From: an uncultured Myxococcales bacterium | Lineage (GTDB): Bacteria; Myxococcota; UBA4151 | DNA: 41,087 nt | Assembly (NCBI GenBank): GCA_964013405.1 | Contig: CAXGWI010000018.1 | Coordinates: forward strand, 1-41,087 | Reading direction: 5' to 3' | Shown here: positions 1-10,100 of the stretch, piece after piece | How positions within the stretch are numbered: the first letter of the stretch is position 1 | Layout of the letters: the number at the start of each line of letters is the position of its first letter | Made by a program: the position numbers and the translations under genes | The notes under the pieces: model-generated | What the model was told of the DNA's origin: nothing | The model's database searches: none | What the model saw: the letters and a program-made list of their open reading frames with translations, nothing else

Positions 1-1
1 A

Positions 2-1114
2 TTTCGTCTGCTCACCAAATCTCTGCGCCCCTTGCCCGAGAAGTGGAAGGGCCTCACCGATGTGGAGCAGCGCTACCGGCGCCGCTATGTGGATCTAATC
101 GTCAATCCCGAAGCCCGAGACACCTTCAAAGCCCGGGCCCGGATCCTACGCAAAGTGCGGGATTACTTCGACGCCGCCGACTTTATCGAGGTGGAGACTC
201 CATCGCTCCATGGGGTTGCCGGTGGTGCCGCAGCGAAGCCCTTCAAGACCCACCACAACGCCCTCGACATGGATTTGAAGCTCCGCATTGCCACCGAGCT
301 CCACCTCAAGCGTTTGGTCGTCGGCGGCCTGGAGCGGGTCTATGAGATCGGCAAAAACTTCCGCAACGAGGGTATCTCCGTTCGTCATAACCCGGAGTTT
401 ACGGCCATCGAGTTCTACGAGGCCTATGCCGATGTAGAGACCATGATGGAGCGGACGGAAGAACTGCTCCATGGTTTGGTCATGGATCTCCATGGGACCG
501 AAACGATTCCCTTCCATCCGGAGGGCGAAGAAGGGGGCGAGGGGTGGATGCTCGACTTCAGTCGCCCCTTCCGCCGCCTGTCCATCGTGGATGGGATCAT
601 CGAATATGCCGGGGTGCCGGCCGATAAGGCGGAGGACCGGGAGTGGCTCATCGACTTTGCCAAGACAAAGCATCACTTGGAACTCAAAGCGGATACCATC
701 CTCGGCAAGGTCCAACTGGAGCTTTTCGAAGCCTGTGCGGAGCCTCAGTTGGTCAATCCGACCTTCATCTGCGACCACCCCACGGATGTCTCGCCGCTCG
801 CTCGGGCCAAAGAAGACAATCCCCGCTACACCGATCGCTTCGAGCTGGTGGTGGCGAAGATGGAGTTGGTCAACGCCTTTAGCGAACTCAACGACCCCCT
901 CGACCAGCGGGCCCGCTTTGAGCAGCAGTTGAGTGAGCGTGACAAAGGCGACGACGAGGCCCACGAACTGGACGAAGACTTTCTCCTCGCCCTTGAGTAC
1001 GGCATGCCACCCACCGGCGGCTTTGGCATGGGCATCGACCGGCTGGTCATGTTGTTGACCAATAAGCACAGCATCCGGGAGGTGATCTGCTTCCCCCAGT
1101 TGCGGAAGGTCTAA
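2..1114 (+). CDS. lysS: Lysine--tRNA ligase (class II), 5'-truncated by the window edge
   Basis: Frame is open from base 2 ([32 protein letters not shown]). Motifs [31 protein letters not shown], and motif 3 [16 protein letters not shown]. Confidence 0.98.
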   Translation, partial: FRLLTKSLRPLPEKWKGLTDVEQRYRRRYVDLIVNPEARDTFKARARILRKVRDYFDAADFIEVETPSLHGVAGGAAAKPFKTHHNALDMDLKLRIATELHLKRLVVGGLERVYEIGKNFRNEGISVRHNPEFTAIEFYEAYADVETMMERTEELLHGLVMDLHGTETIPFHPEGEEGGEGWMLDFSRPFRRLSIVDGIIEYAGVPADKAEDREWLIDFAKTKHHLELKADTILGKVQLELFEACAEPQLVNPTFICDHPTDVSPLARAKEDNPRYTDRFELVVAKMELVNAFSELNDPLDQRARFEQQLSERDKGDDEAHELDEDFLLALEYGMPPTGGFGMGIDRLVMLLTNKHSIREVICFPQLRKV

Positions 1115-1123
1115 ACCAGTTTC

Positions 1124-2884
1124 GTGATCGGACGCCTCGCCCTCATCCTCATTCCCCTTCTGACCGGCGGCCTGCTGGCCCTCGGCCTCAACCTGGCGGG
1201 GGACCAGACTCAGTTGTACGGCGATCGCATGGCTGCGGCCGCCGCACTTTGGCTGGTGGTCATGGGACTCATCGTTGGTGTGGGCGCCCGGCTGCTGGCG
1301 ACCGAATTGACCTACCGGGCCCTCGCCCTCGTGTTATCGATAAGCGTCATCGTCGGGACGGCAGTGCCCAACATGAGCAGCACGGATCCGGTCTTCTACG
1401 AGTTGATCGGCGGCCACTACGGCGTGGTCAGCCTGGTCCTGGGCTGTCTGCTTTTCAGTCTGGCTTCGACCACCAGTGCAGCGATTCTCCATCTGCTGAT
1501 GGCCGGGGGTTCCTGGGGCTGGAGTCTGCGACTCTCCCGAGCCTTTCTGGCCAGTCGTCGCCGGGATACTAGCGTCAATATCATCACCTTGATCGCCGTC
1601 GGTGGGGTCACAATGGCCGTTTGTTCGCTGATCGTGGTGCTCAGCGTCATGAGCGGCTTCGAGAGTGATCTGCGCAGCAAAATCTTAGGGGCCAATCCCC
1701 ACCTGATGGTCTTCAAGTCGGGGGATGCTTTCACCAACTGGCCCGAGGTCAAAGAGAAGGTCTCGGCCATCGATGGTGTCCAAAGCGCGGTGCCCTTTCT
1801 TTTCTCGAAGGTGATGATCACGAGCCCCACCAACATGGACATGGCATTGTTGCGGGGCGTTCCTGCCCAGGACAAGGCGAGCTTCGGCAAGTTGGCCGAC
1901 GCCATGATTCATGGCGATTACACCCATTTGTCCGATCCCTCGAAGATTCCCGATCCGATGGATGCCTTCGATTTGGATCTCCCCGAGTCAAAAGATCCCT
2001 TCAGTCCCGGTGCGGCCGGCTCGAAAGATGCCGCTGGACATGACGCCTTCCTCGATGATCCGGAAGCGCCGATCGAAGGGGAAGACCCGGAACTCCCCGG
2101 CATCATTCTCGGTGCGGAGCTGGCCTTGATGCTCCATGCGAGCCACGGGCAGGAGGTCAACGTCATCACGGCAAGCCAAGAGGACTTGGGGCCCGACGGC
2201 ATCGTCCCTCGAGCCCGCAGTTACCGGGTCGCGGGCATCTTTCGGACCGGCTATTACGACGCCGATGCGCAGATCGCGATCCTTGACCTCCCGGAGATGC
2301 AGAGCCTCCTCGATGTGGAAGGGATTACGGGCTTGGAGTTACGGGTCCACGATTTGGATGATGTGGCCCGGGTGGGTACAGCCTGCATGGAAGCCCTCGG
2401 CTGGTTTCCCTACCGAACTCGAGATTGGCGTCAGAACCATCGCCCGCTGCTCCAAGCCCTGCGTTTGGAAAAGATTATGATGTTCTTGCTGCTCTGCGCA
2501 GCGGTGCTCGTGGCTGCCCTCAACATCGTCTCGATCCTGGTCATGATCGTCCTTGAGCGGGGCAAGGAGATCGCCATCCTCAAATCCATGGGCGCATCGG
2601 ATACGGGGGTGATGCGGGTCTTCGTGGCTTATGGCCTGATCGTGGGAACAGCGGGAACCGTCCTGGGGGCGTTGCTCGGCGTTTTGCTTTGTCTTGCTTT
2701 GGGACAACTGGGTCTCGGGATCGCCGCAGAGGTCTATTATATCGACAGACTTCCTGTGGAACTGCGTTCGGCTGAAGTGGTGACCGTGATGGTCGCCACC
2801 ATGGTGATTTGCTTCTTAGCCACGCTTTTCCCAGCCTGGCGAGCCGCTCGCATGCGACCGGTGGATGGGCTGCGCCATGACTGA
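1124..2884 (+). CDS. lolE: Lipoprotein-releasing ABC transporter permease (LolC/E or single LolF type) with an N-terminal membrane extension
   Basis: IVVLSVMSGFE..LRSKILG, a MacB-like periplasmic domain, KEIAILKSMGA, YYIDRLP, FPAWRAARMRPVDGLRHD; sits directly upstream of lolD. Confidence 0.92.
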   Translation: MIGRLALILIPLLTGGLLALGLNLAGDQTQLYGDRMAAAAALWLVVMGLIVGVGARLLATELTYRALALVLSISVIVGTAVPNMSSTDPVFYELIGGHYGVVSLVLGCLLFSLASTTSAAILHLLMAGGSWGWSLRLSRAFLASRRRDTSVNIITLIAVGGVTMAVCSLIVVLSVMSGFESDLRSKILGANPHLMVFKSGDAFTNWPEVKEKVSAIDGVQSAVPFLFSKVMITSPTNMDMALLRGVPAQDKASFGKLADAMIHGDYTHLSDPSKIPDPMDAFDLDLPESKDPFSPGAAGSKDAAGHDAFLDDPEAPIEGEDPELPGIILGAELALMLHASHGQEVNVITASQEDLGPDGIVPRARSYRVAGIFRTGYYDADAQIAILDLPEMQSLLDVEGITGLELRVHDLDDVARVGTACMEALGWFPYRTRDWRQNHRPLLQALRLEKIMMFLLLCAAVLVAALNIVSILVMIVLERGKEIAILKSMGASDTGVMRVFVAYGLIVGTAGTVLGALLGVLLCLALGQLGLGIAAEVYYIDRLPVELRSAEVVTVMVATMVICFLATLFPAWRAARMRPVDGLRHD

Positions 2885-3587
2885 TCTGCTACGACTCACA
2901 CAGGTGCATCGCGGCTTCTCCTTGGAAGGTCAGCGCATCGAGGTCTTAAAAGGCATCGACTTCACCATGAAGACGGGGGAGATGGTGGCACTGACAGGGG
3001 CTTCGGGCGCCGGAAAGTCGACCTTGTTGCACCTCATGGGGAGTTTAGACCAACCAGAGTCGGGCTCGCTCCTTTTCGAAGGGCAGGAACTGATGGGACT
3101 GAGCAACGCCGAACTGGCAGCCCATCGGAATCGTCACCTTGGCTTCGTCTTCCAGTTCCACCACCTCATCACCGAGTTAACGGCGGTGGAGAATGTTGCG
3201 CTGCCCGCTCGAGTTGCGGGCATCGAGCCCAAAGAGGCGATTGAAAAAGCCGAATCCCTTCTCGATTGGGTGGGTTTGGGCTCGCGCTTGCGACATCGGC
3301 CCAGCGAGCTCTCCGGCGGGGAACAGCAGCGGGTCGCGTTGGCCCGAGGCCTGGTGATGGAGCCACGCCTGCTCCTTGCCGATGAACCGACTGGGAATCT
3401 TGATGAGGCAAATGCGGGCGCGATCCACGATCTCTTCGCGGCCCTAAACGAAGCCCAAGGGGTGGGGATGATCATCGCAACCCACAGCTCCTCCTTGGCC
3501 CGTCAGATGCAGCGTCGAGTGCACCTCGACGGTGGTCAACTCGCTGAGATCGGCGCTGGCGACGCCCCGGAGGAAGAGGTTTCATGA
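2877..3587 (+). CDS. lolD: Lipoprotein-releasing ABC transporter ATP-binding protein
   Basis: Walker A GASGAGKS, GFVFQFHHL, LSGGEQQRVA, ADEPTGNLD. ATG at 2877 overlaps the end of the permease gene. Confidence 0.95.
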   Translation: MTDLLRLTQVHRGFSLEGQRIEVLKGIDFTMKTGEMVALTGASGAGKSTLLHLMGSLDQPESGSLLFEGQELMGLSNAELAAHRNRHLGFVFQFHHLITELTAVENVALPARVAGIEPKEAIEKAESLLDWVGLGSRLRHRPSELSGGEQQRVALARGLVMEPRLLLADEPTGNLDEANAGAIHDLFAALNEAQGVGMIIATHSSSLARQMQRRVHLDGGQLAEIGAGDAPEEEVS

Positions 3588-5869
3588 GCCGGCTCCTCCT
3601 TAGTCTGCTGCTCGTGGCGCCGGCGGCCCAGGCGGCCCCACTTACCGACATCCGTGTGGAGGGCAACCGACGGGTCGAAAAAGCGGCGGTTTTGGGCACG
3701 ATTTCGACTCGTGTTGGCCAAGAGATCGACCCGCTCCAAGTGGCGAGAGATATTCGGCGGCTCTGGGACTTGGGACGCTTTTCCACCATCGACTGGCTAC
3801 TTCAGGATGGCACCGTTCTGATCATCCGGGTGAGCGAGCGCCCCAGTGTTCGGGAGGTTCGGCACGAAGGTCTCGACGACATCGATCAAGAAGAGCGCGA
3901 TGGTGTCACCGAGGTGAAAGCGGGCTTTCCCATCGACGAGGCTGCAGTGCGTCGTTCGACGGTCAAGCTCCGCAAGCTGCTCAGTGACAAGGGCTACTAC
4001 CTCAGCGAGGTGGGCTATCGCATCCTCGACGCCCCGGATCAGCGAGTCGACGTGGTCTTTGACTACAGCCAGGGTAAAAAAGTCCTCATCCATCGCTACG
4101 CACTGGTTGGAAATAAGGACCTCACCGACACGGAGTTGAAAGGTCGCCTGCAACTCAAAGAGCGGGACTGGATGCATTTCCTGACGGACAGTGGTGTCTT
4201 CGACGAAGAAAAGCTCGGCATCGATGGCCAGATTTTGGAGATGCTCTATCGGGATCGGGGTTATCTCGATGTGAAGATCGGTCGCCCTCGGGTCGAGGTG
4301 ACGCCGGACAAAGAGGGGCTGTCGATCGAGATCCCCATCGAAGAAGGTAAGCCCTATACCGTCGGTAAAGTCGGCTTCGCAGGGGAGTTGATCCTGCCGG
4401 CCGACCGCTTGGACCGTTTCTCTGAACTGAAGCCTGGATCGCTGTTTTCGGCCGGCGCACTGCACCGGACCACAGCAGCGCTAACCCGTATCTACAAGGA
4501 TAAGGGTTATGCCTATGCGAACATCGGCACCGACGCCCGCCCGCGCAAAGAGGAACAGATCGTTGATCTGGACTTCACCCTGCAGCGGGGGCCCCTGGTG
4601 CGAGTGGAGCGCATCGAGATTCGGGGTAACTACAAGACCCGCGATAAAGTCGTTCGCCGACACATGAAGTTACAGGAGGGCGACCTTTATTCTGCAACCG
4701 CCGTGGAGCGCTCGAAACTTCGCATCACTGCCTTGGGATTCTTTGAACAAGAGGCCGGTGTGGAAATCCTTGAGCGCCCCGGTTCGGCGCCGGACCGCAT
4801 CGTTCTTGAGGTGAAAGTTCGAGAGCAAATGACCGGGTCGATCAACGCCAATTTTGGCTATTCGTCCTACGACAACTTCCTCGCCATGGCGGCCATCTCC
4901 CAAGACAACTTTCTCGGGCATGGTACCAAGTTGGCGCTGCAGGCCCAGTATTCAAGCGTTCGCCAGATTTTCTCCTTCAACTACAGTGACCCCCATCTCC
5001 TTGATACCAACTGGACGCTGAGTTTCTCGCTGTTCGACAACGAGACGGCCTATGACAATTTCGTTCGTGATGCTCGGGGTGCAACCCTTGTGGGCGGTTA
5101 TCGCTTTGGCGATCACCTTCATCTCAGCTTGGGCTGGATGGGGGAGCACGTCGCCATCGACCAAGAGAACCTTCGGATTCCCTTACCTGGCGTCATCCCC
5201 GGACAAGGGCTCTTCACCTCGGCCCTCAAGATTCGCTCCACTTGGGACAGTCGAGACAATCGTCTCTATCCTTCCCGAGGCTGGTACAACACGCTGGGCT
5301 TTGATTGGGCTGAGCCTTGGATGTTAAGCGAGGTGTCATTGCTGCGGACCGATGCAGCGGTCCGGGGCTATTACCCCCTGCCTTTTGGCAGCGTCTTTAA
5401 GGCCAGTGTTCGGCTGGGCCACCTCATGAGCGACCGACCCTTGCCCCAAGAGAACTTCTTCGCCGGCGGGATTTACAGCCTGCGAGGCTATCGGCTGCGT
5501 AGCGTCGGCCCAACGGCCCGGGTGCCCAACGGTTACACGCCGGACAGTCCGATGGTGGAAGAAGTCATCGGTGGTAACAAGCAGCTCATCGGTAGCCTCG
5601 AGGTGGAGTTTCCGCTGGTGCGGGCCGCCCGCCTCACCGGGGTTTTCTTTTATGATGCCGGGAATGTCTGGGCCCGGGGCCAAGCTTGGCTGGGCGATCG
5701 GCCTGGGGAGTGGCCCCATGGCCTCCTCCATAGCGTCGGTTATGGCGTTCGTTGGCAAAGCCCCATGGGCCCTCTGCGTTTCGAGGTCGGCTACCCACTC
5801 ACGCCGCGCAGCGGGCCCATCTACGATGAACCGAGTCTCTTCGAGTTCACCATCGGTTCCCTCTTTTAG
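3584..5869 (+). CDS. bamA: Outer membrane protein assembly factor BamA
   Basis: Signal peptide, POTRA repeats (IRVEGNRRV, IEIRGNYKTRDKVVRR), SLRGY (VRGF-like) loop motif, C-terminal FEFTIGSLF. Confidence 0.96.
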   Translation: MSRLLLSLLLVAPAAQAAPLTDIRVEGNRRVEKAAVLGTISTRVGQEIDPLQVARDIRRLWDLGRFSTIDWLLQDGTVLIIRVSERPSVREVRHEGLDDIDQEERDGVTEVKAGFPIDEAAVRRSTVKLRKLLSDKGYYLSEVGYRILDAPDQRVDVVFDYSQGKKVLIHRYALVGNKDLTDTELKGRLQLKERDWMHFLTDSGVFDEEKLGIDGQILEMLYRDRGYLDVKIGRPRVEVTPDKEGLSIEIPIEEGKPYTVGKVGFAGELILPADRLDRFSELKPGSLFSAGALHRTTAALTRIYKDKGYAYANIGTDARPRKEEQIVDLDFTLQRGPLVRVERIEIRGNYKTRDKVVRRHMKLQEGDLYSATAVERSKLRITALGFFEQEAGVEILERPGSAPDRIVLEVKVREQMTGSINANFGYSSYDNFLAMAAISQDNFLGHGTKLALQAQYSSVRQIFSFNYSDPHLLDTNWTLSFSLFDNETAYDNFVRDARGATLVGGYRFGDHLHLSLGWMGEHVAIDQENLRIPLPGVIPGQGLFTSALKIRSTWDSRDNRLYPSRGWYNTLGFDWAEPWMLSEVSLLRTDAAVRGYYPLPFGSVFKASVRLGHLMSDRPLPQENFFAGGIYSLRGYRLRSVGPTARVPNGYTPDSPMVEEVIGGNKQLIGSLEVEFPLVRAARLTGVFFYDAGNVWARGQAWLGDRPGEWPHGLLHSVGYGVRWQSPMGPLRFEVGYPLTPRSGPIYDEPSLFEFTIGSLF

Positions 5870-5872
5870 TCC

Positions 5873-5888
5873 CCGCCCTTAAGGGCGG
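5873..5888. repeat. Perfect 16-bp palindrome CCGCCCTTAAGGGCGG just after the bamA stop (hairpin or operator)
   Basis: Sequence equals its own reverse complement; no U-tract follows. Confidence 0.5.
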
Positions 5889-5893
5889 CATAC

Positions 5894-5922
5894 TTGACCG
5901 AAATCCGCTTCGGGCCCAAAGT
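5894..5922 (+). promoter_or_regulatory. Possible sigma70-type promoter for a leaderless SMUG1 transcript
   Basis: TTGACC-N17-CAAAGT ends 6 nt before the ATG at 5929; no Shine-Dalgarno sequence. Confidence 0.35.
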
Positions 5923-5928
5923 CCCGCC

Positions 5929-6651
5929 ATGATGGTCGCCACTGCGCTAAAGAACGCATCTCGAGAACTGTGTGATGCGGTCGAATCGCTTCGATTCTCA
6001 GCGCCTGTAACCCACGTCTATAACCCATTGGTTTATGCCCGTGAACTCCATGAGCAATACTTGGAGCGATACGCCAACAGCACCAAGCGGATCGTGTTCA
6101 TGGGCATGAATCCAGGCCCATGGGGCATGGCCCAAACGGGCATCCCCTTTGGCGAGGTTGCTGCGGTTCGGGACTTTATGGGGCTCGCAGGTACGGTGGA
6201 TCAACCGGCTGCCAGTCATCCAAAGCGTCCGGTGATGGGGATGGATTGCCCCCGCAGCGAGGTGAGCGGCCGCCGGCTCTGGGGGGCTTTCGCCGCTCGA
6301 TATGGGCGAGCAGAGGACTTTTTCGATGAATGCCTGGTGCTCAACTACTGCCCTCTTTCGTTCATGGAGGAGAGCGGTAAGAACAGGACGCCCGATAAAC
6401 TCCCGAAAGCAGAACGTGAACCTTTAGAAGCAGCCTGTGATGAGCACCTGCTGACCTGCATTCGAGTGCTTGAGCCGGATTGGGTCGTTGGTGTGGGTCG
6501 CTGGGCCCGAGAGAAGGCCGAACGGGTACTCGCCCAGGGCCCGGCTCGGATCGGTCAAGTCCTCCATCCCAGTCCGGCGAGTCCCGCGGCCAACCGGGGG
6601 TGGAGCGAAGCAGCTTGGGGGCAGTTGGCTCAGCAGGGGATCTTGGCATGA
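5929..6651 (+). CDS. SMUG1-type (family 3) uracil-DNA glycosylase
   Basis: VYNPLVYA, motif 1 GMNPGPWGMAQTGIPFGE, SEVSGRRLW, NYCPL, motif 2 HPSPASP. Confidence 0.94.
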   Translation: MMVATALKNASRELCDAVESLRFSAPVTHVYNPLVYARELHEQYLERYANSTKRIVFMGMNPGPWGMAQTGIPFGEVAAVRDFMGLAGTVDQPAASHPKRPVMGMDCPRSEVSGRRLWGAFAARYGRAEDFFDECLVLNYCPLSFMEESGKNRTPDKLPKAEREPLEAACDEHLLTCIRVLEPDWVVGVGRWAREKAERVLAQGPARIGQVLHPSPASPAANRGWSEAAWGQLAQQGILA

Positions 6652-7109
6652 TGCACGTCGTGTTGGTCCACCCCCAAATCCCTGGCAACACCGGGAGCGC
6701 CGGGCGAACCTGCTTAGCGGCCGGTGCTCGTCTTCATTTGGTCGAGCCGATCGGATTTAGTCTTGATGAAGCCAGAGTGCGTCGGGCCGGCCTGGACTAT
6801 TGGCCCCACGTCGATCTCCAGGTTCACGGCTCCTGGGAGGAACTGCAGGAAGTACTTCCAGCAGTCGATCAGGGGCTATTTTTTACCCGCCACACCACCC
6901 AGAGTTTCCTTGATGAGCCGCCGCTACCCGAAGAGCCTGTGTTCGTGTTCGGTAGTGAAACAAAGGGGCTGCCCAGCGATCTTCTCGAAGCCCATTGGGC
7001 TCGTCGCTATTCATTGCCGATCTTGAGTCCCCACGTGCGGAGTCTCAACCTTTCGAATACAGTGACCGCGGTCGTCTACGAAGGTTTGCGCCGGCAGGGG
7101 AGACGCTGA
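6648..7109 (+). CDS. trmL: tRNA (cytidine/uridine(34)-2'-O)-methyltransferase, SPOUT family
   Basis: HPQIPGNTG..GRTC, RRAGLDYW, VFGSETKGLP, VRSLNLSN. ATGA overlap with the SMUG1 stop. Confidence 0.95.
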   Translation: MMHVVLVHPQIPGNTGSAGRTCLAAGARLHLVEPIGFSLDEARVRRAGLDYWPHVDLQVHGSWEELQEVLPAVDQGLFFTRHTTQSFLDEPPLPEEPVFVFGSETKGLPSDLLEAHWARRYSLPILSPHVRSLNLSNTVTAVVYEGLRRQGRR

Positions 7110-10100
7110 TGGTCCAAATGTTGGGACAGGACCTTCCGGTTCCCGTGATCAAATTGGTCCTCCGGGCCCATGAGGCCCTTGTGACGGGTGAAACCTGGCC
7201 CCTGCGCACCTTGTCACGGCAGATGGACGTAACGGACCAGAAGACCTCGGAGATCCTGCGGTTGATGCGGCGGGATCTTGGCGCCCCGGTGGTCTTCCAA
7301 GGGGGCGATGCCCAGGGCTATCGTTATCAGAAGGGTAAGATCTTTGATCTGCCATTCTTTCGGGTCCAGTTGGGACCTTTCCTGCTGCTCAAACCCCTGA
7401 CTCAGGGCTCAAGCGGGCCGGTCTGGATGGGGGTTCATGAGGCGACGGAGCGACTCATCGTCGCCAAGTTTCTCGACACCGAGGAGAGCCGGCGTGTCAT
7501 GCAGTTCAACGCGGAAGTTCGGGCGCTGTGTCGTTTCGAGCACCCCCATGTCCTGAGAGTCCACGATCGGGGTGAACTGGATGAAGAGGCGGCCGAGACG
7601 TCCGGGGGGAGGCTGCGGGTCGGCATGCCGTGGGTCGTGACCGATTACTGTGCCGGTGGTCATTTACGGGAACGAGATTGGACCAAATGGCATACGCTGC
7701 GGGACCAGTTACTCCAAGTACTCGACGGCTTGGCGCACGTGCATTCCCGTGGCGTGCTCCATCGGGATATAAAGCCTGAGAATGTTCTCGATATGAGCGT
7801 TGACGATGGCAACACCGACCTGCGTCTCTCAGACTTCGGTCTGGCAACGGCCCTGGGTGAGGGCGGATCGGGGCCTCTCAATACGCTCGGTAGTCCCGGG
7901 TATCTGCCGCCGGAGGTCTGTGCGCAACGATTCGATAAGTTAAGCGCCGCCAGTGATCTCTATAGTCTAGGCTGTATGGCCTGGGAGATGGCGACCGGGG
8001 CCTTGCCTTATAACACCGACCAGCCGGTCGAGAACCTCTTCGAAGATCATCTCAAAAGGCCATTGCCTCCCTTCCGGCCCCAGCGAAAGCTACACTCGGG
8101 ATTTGGCAGTTGGATTCAAATGCTTCTCCAGAAGGAGCCAAGGGACCGGTTCCGGTCGGCAGCGGAAGCTCGTCTGGCCCTGCTTGAGGTGGATCGGACC
8201 CGCCGAGCTGGCGCGGTGAATCACGGTCGTCCCGTGATTCCCCACGCCCCAGCCGATAAGGATAAACCGCCCCCTCAGCCTCTGGCTGGCGCTGGTTTGG
8301 GCCTCTATGGCTTGCGGGACATGCCGCTCGTGGGACGGGAGGCGGCTCAGCAGGCCCTCTGGTACGCACTGTACCAAACCACAACGGGCGGGCGCCCACG
8401 GGTTCTATGCCTCGAAGGCGGCGCGGGTACGGGCAAGGGGCGTCTCGTTCAGTGGTTGGCCGAGCAGGCGAGTTACCTCGGGGTCGGTCAAATGCTTCGG
8501 GTTCAGCACGATGCCCAAAAAGGGCCCAGCCACGGGCTTGGGCCCATGTTGTCCCGCACTTTTGGTCTGGGGGGCCTACCTCCGGAACAGGCTGCGAGTC
8601 GGATGGACGAGGCCCTGCTGACTTTGGGAATCATTCATCCGGAGTTTCGCCGGGGCTTGGTGAACCTTATCACCCCAGGCGCTCCGAGCCTGAAACAGGC
8701 TGAACGCCACGACCTCGTCGTCCGCGTGCTGCTGGAGCTAGCCCGCCAGCAACCTGTGATCTTGTGGGTTGATGGTGCGGAATGGGCTGCGGATAGCCTC
8801 GCGTTTGCCCGCCAACTCTCCGGTCTCATGGATCTGCCGAACTTCCCCGTCTTGGTGTTGGTGACCTACCGGCCCCGGGCGCTGGCAACGCAGGCAGAAG
8901 AACTGAAGCTGGTGACTTCACTGCAGGAACACCCGCTTTGTGAGACGCTGACCCTCGAGCCCCTTGGGCCCAACGTGCTTCGTCAATACGCCCACAGTCT
9001 TTTGCCACTGACGGAGAAGGTGGCGGAGCAGTTGGCCAAACGCAGCAGTGGGAACCCACTCTTCATGGAGCAACTTCTGCGGCATTGGATTCAGTCCAAC
9101 CTGCTGGTGGCCCAGGGCTCGGTCTATAGCCTGGCCCCCGGTGCGAAACCCGAAGTCCCCGAAAGTATCCAGACCCTCTGGGTCACTCGCGTCGAGAGCC
9201 TGGTGGCCGGGCAGCCCAACGGCAAGGAAGCTTTCCGTGCGTTGTTGATCGCGGCCTGCCTCGGCGAGCAAGTCGACTCCGTCGAACTGAGCACTGCCTG
9301 CCAAGCCGATGGCTTCGAGTTGCCCCTTTGGGTTGAGGAAGCCATGGTCGCAAGAGGTCTGGCGGAGCCACGGGAGGGTGGCTGGGCCTTTGCCCATGCC
9401 CTCCTCCAAGAATGTTTGAGCCGTCACGCGGACGAAGAAGGTGAGGGGCAGGCACTTCATCGTGCATGTGCGCAAATGATCCGTGGGCTTGAGGAGAAGC
9501 GACCGGGGCATGCGGCCCGCCTTGGCCGGCATCTGCTCCTGGCTGGGGATACCTTTGATGCACTTCCCCCCCTGCTCGAAGGGATGCGAGAGGCCCTCCA
9601 TCGCCAGGACACCGACGCGCTGGCGGACTGCATCGAACTCCGTGGCGCTGCATTGAAGGCGGCAGGAGTCCCCCCCAGCCATCAACCGCACGGTGAGAAT
9701 CTGATGGCCAAGGCTTGGTACCATATCCTTTGCAGTGAATGGCAGGAAGCCGAGCGTTTGGCCTTCGAGGGCCTGCGAGGGGTTGAGAGCTTTGGCTGGG
9801 CGGGGATCGCGCCGGAGTGTGAGCAAGTCTTAGGTAAAGCGCTCTTTGAGCAGGCCGACTACGGCGGTGCCATGGTGCATTACCAGGCAGCCGTGCAGGG
9901 CTTTCGGGAGATGGGGGACAGCTATTCCGAGGCGGTCACAACGATCAAGTTTGGCCAGGTTCATGCTGCGCAGGGCGAGTTTCAGGGCGGCGCCGCCCTG
10001 TTTCGACAGGCGGTGCGAGTGCTTGGGACGGATCGCCGTTCGACCCGTTGGCGGGCCGAAGCCTATATGATGCTCGGGTCGGTCGCTTTGGCGACGAACC

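Noticed and set aside
146..1069. 307-aa antisense ORF over lysS, and similar long antisense/alternate-frame ORFs (8918-9826, 22529-23284, 23299-24336, 28584-29291, 36971-37813)
   Set aside because: They shadow well-supported genes, show no recognisable motifs, and are expected from codon bias in GC-rich DNA.
6480..7108. Upstream extensions of the trmL (from 6480) and kinase (from 6995) ORFs
   Set aside because: They overlap the preceding genes extensively; coupled starts at 6648 and 7109 fit better.
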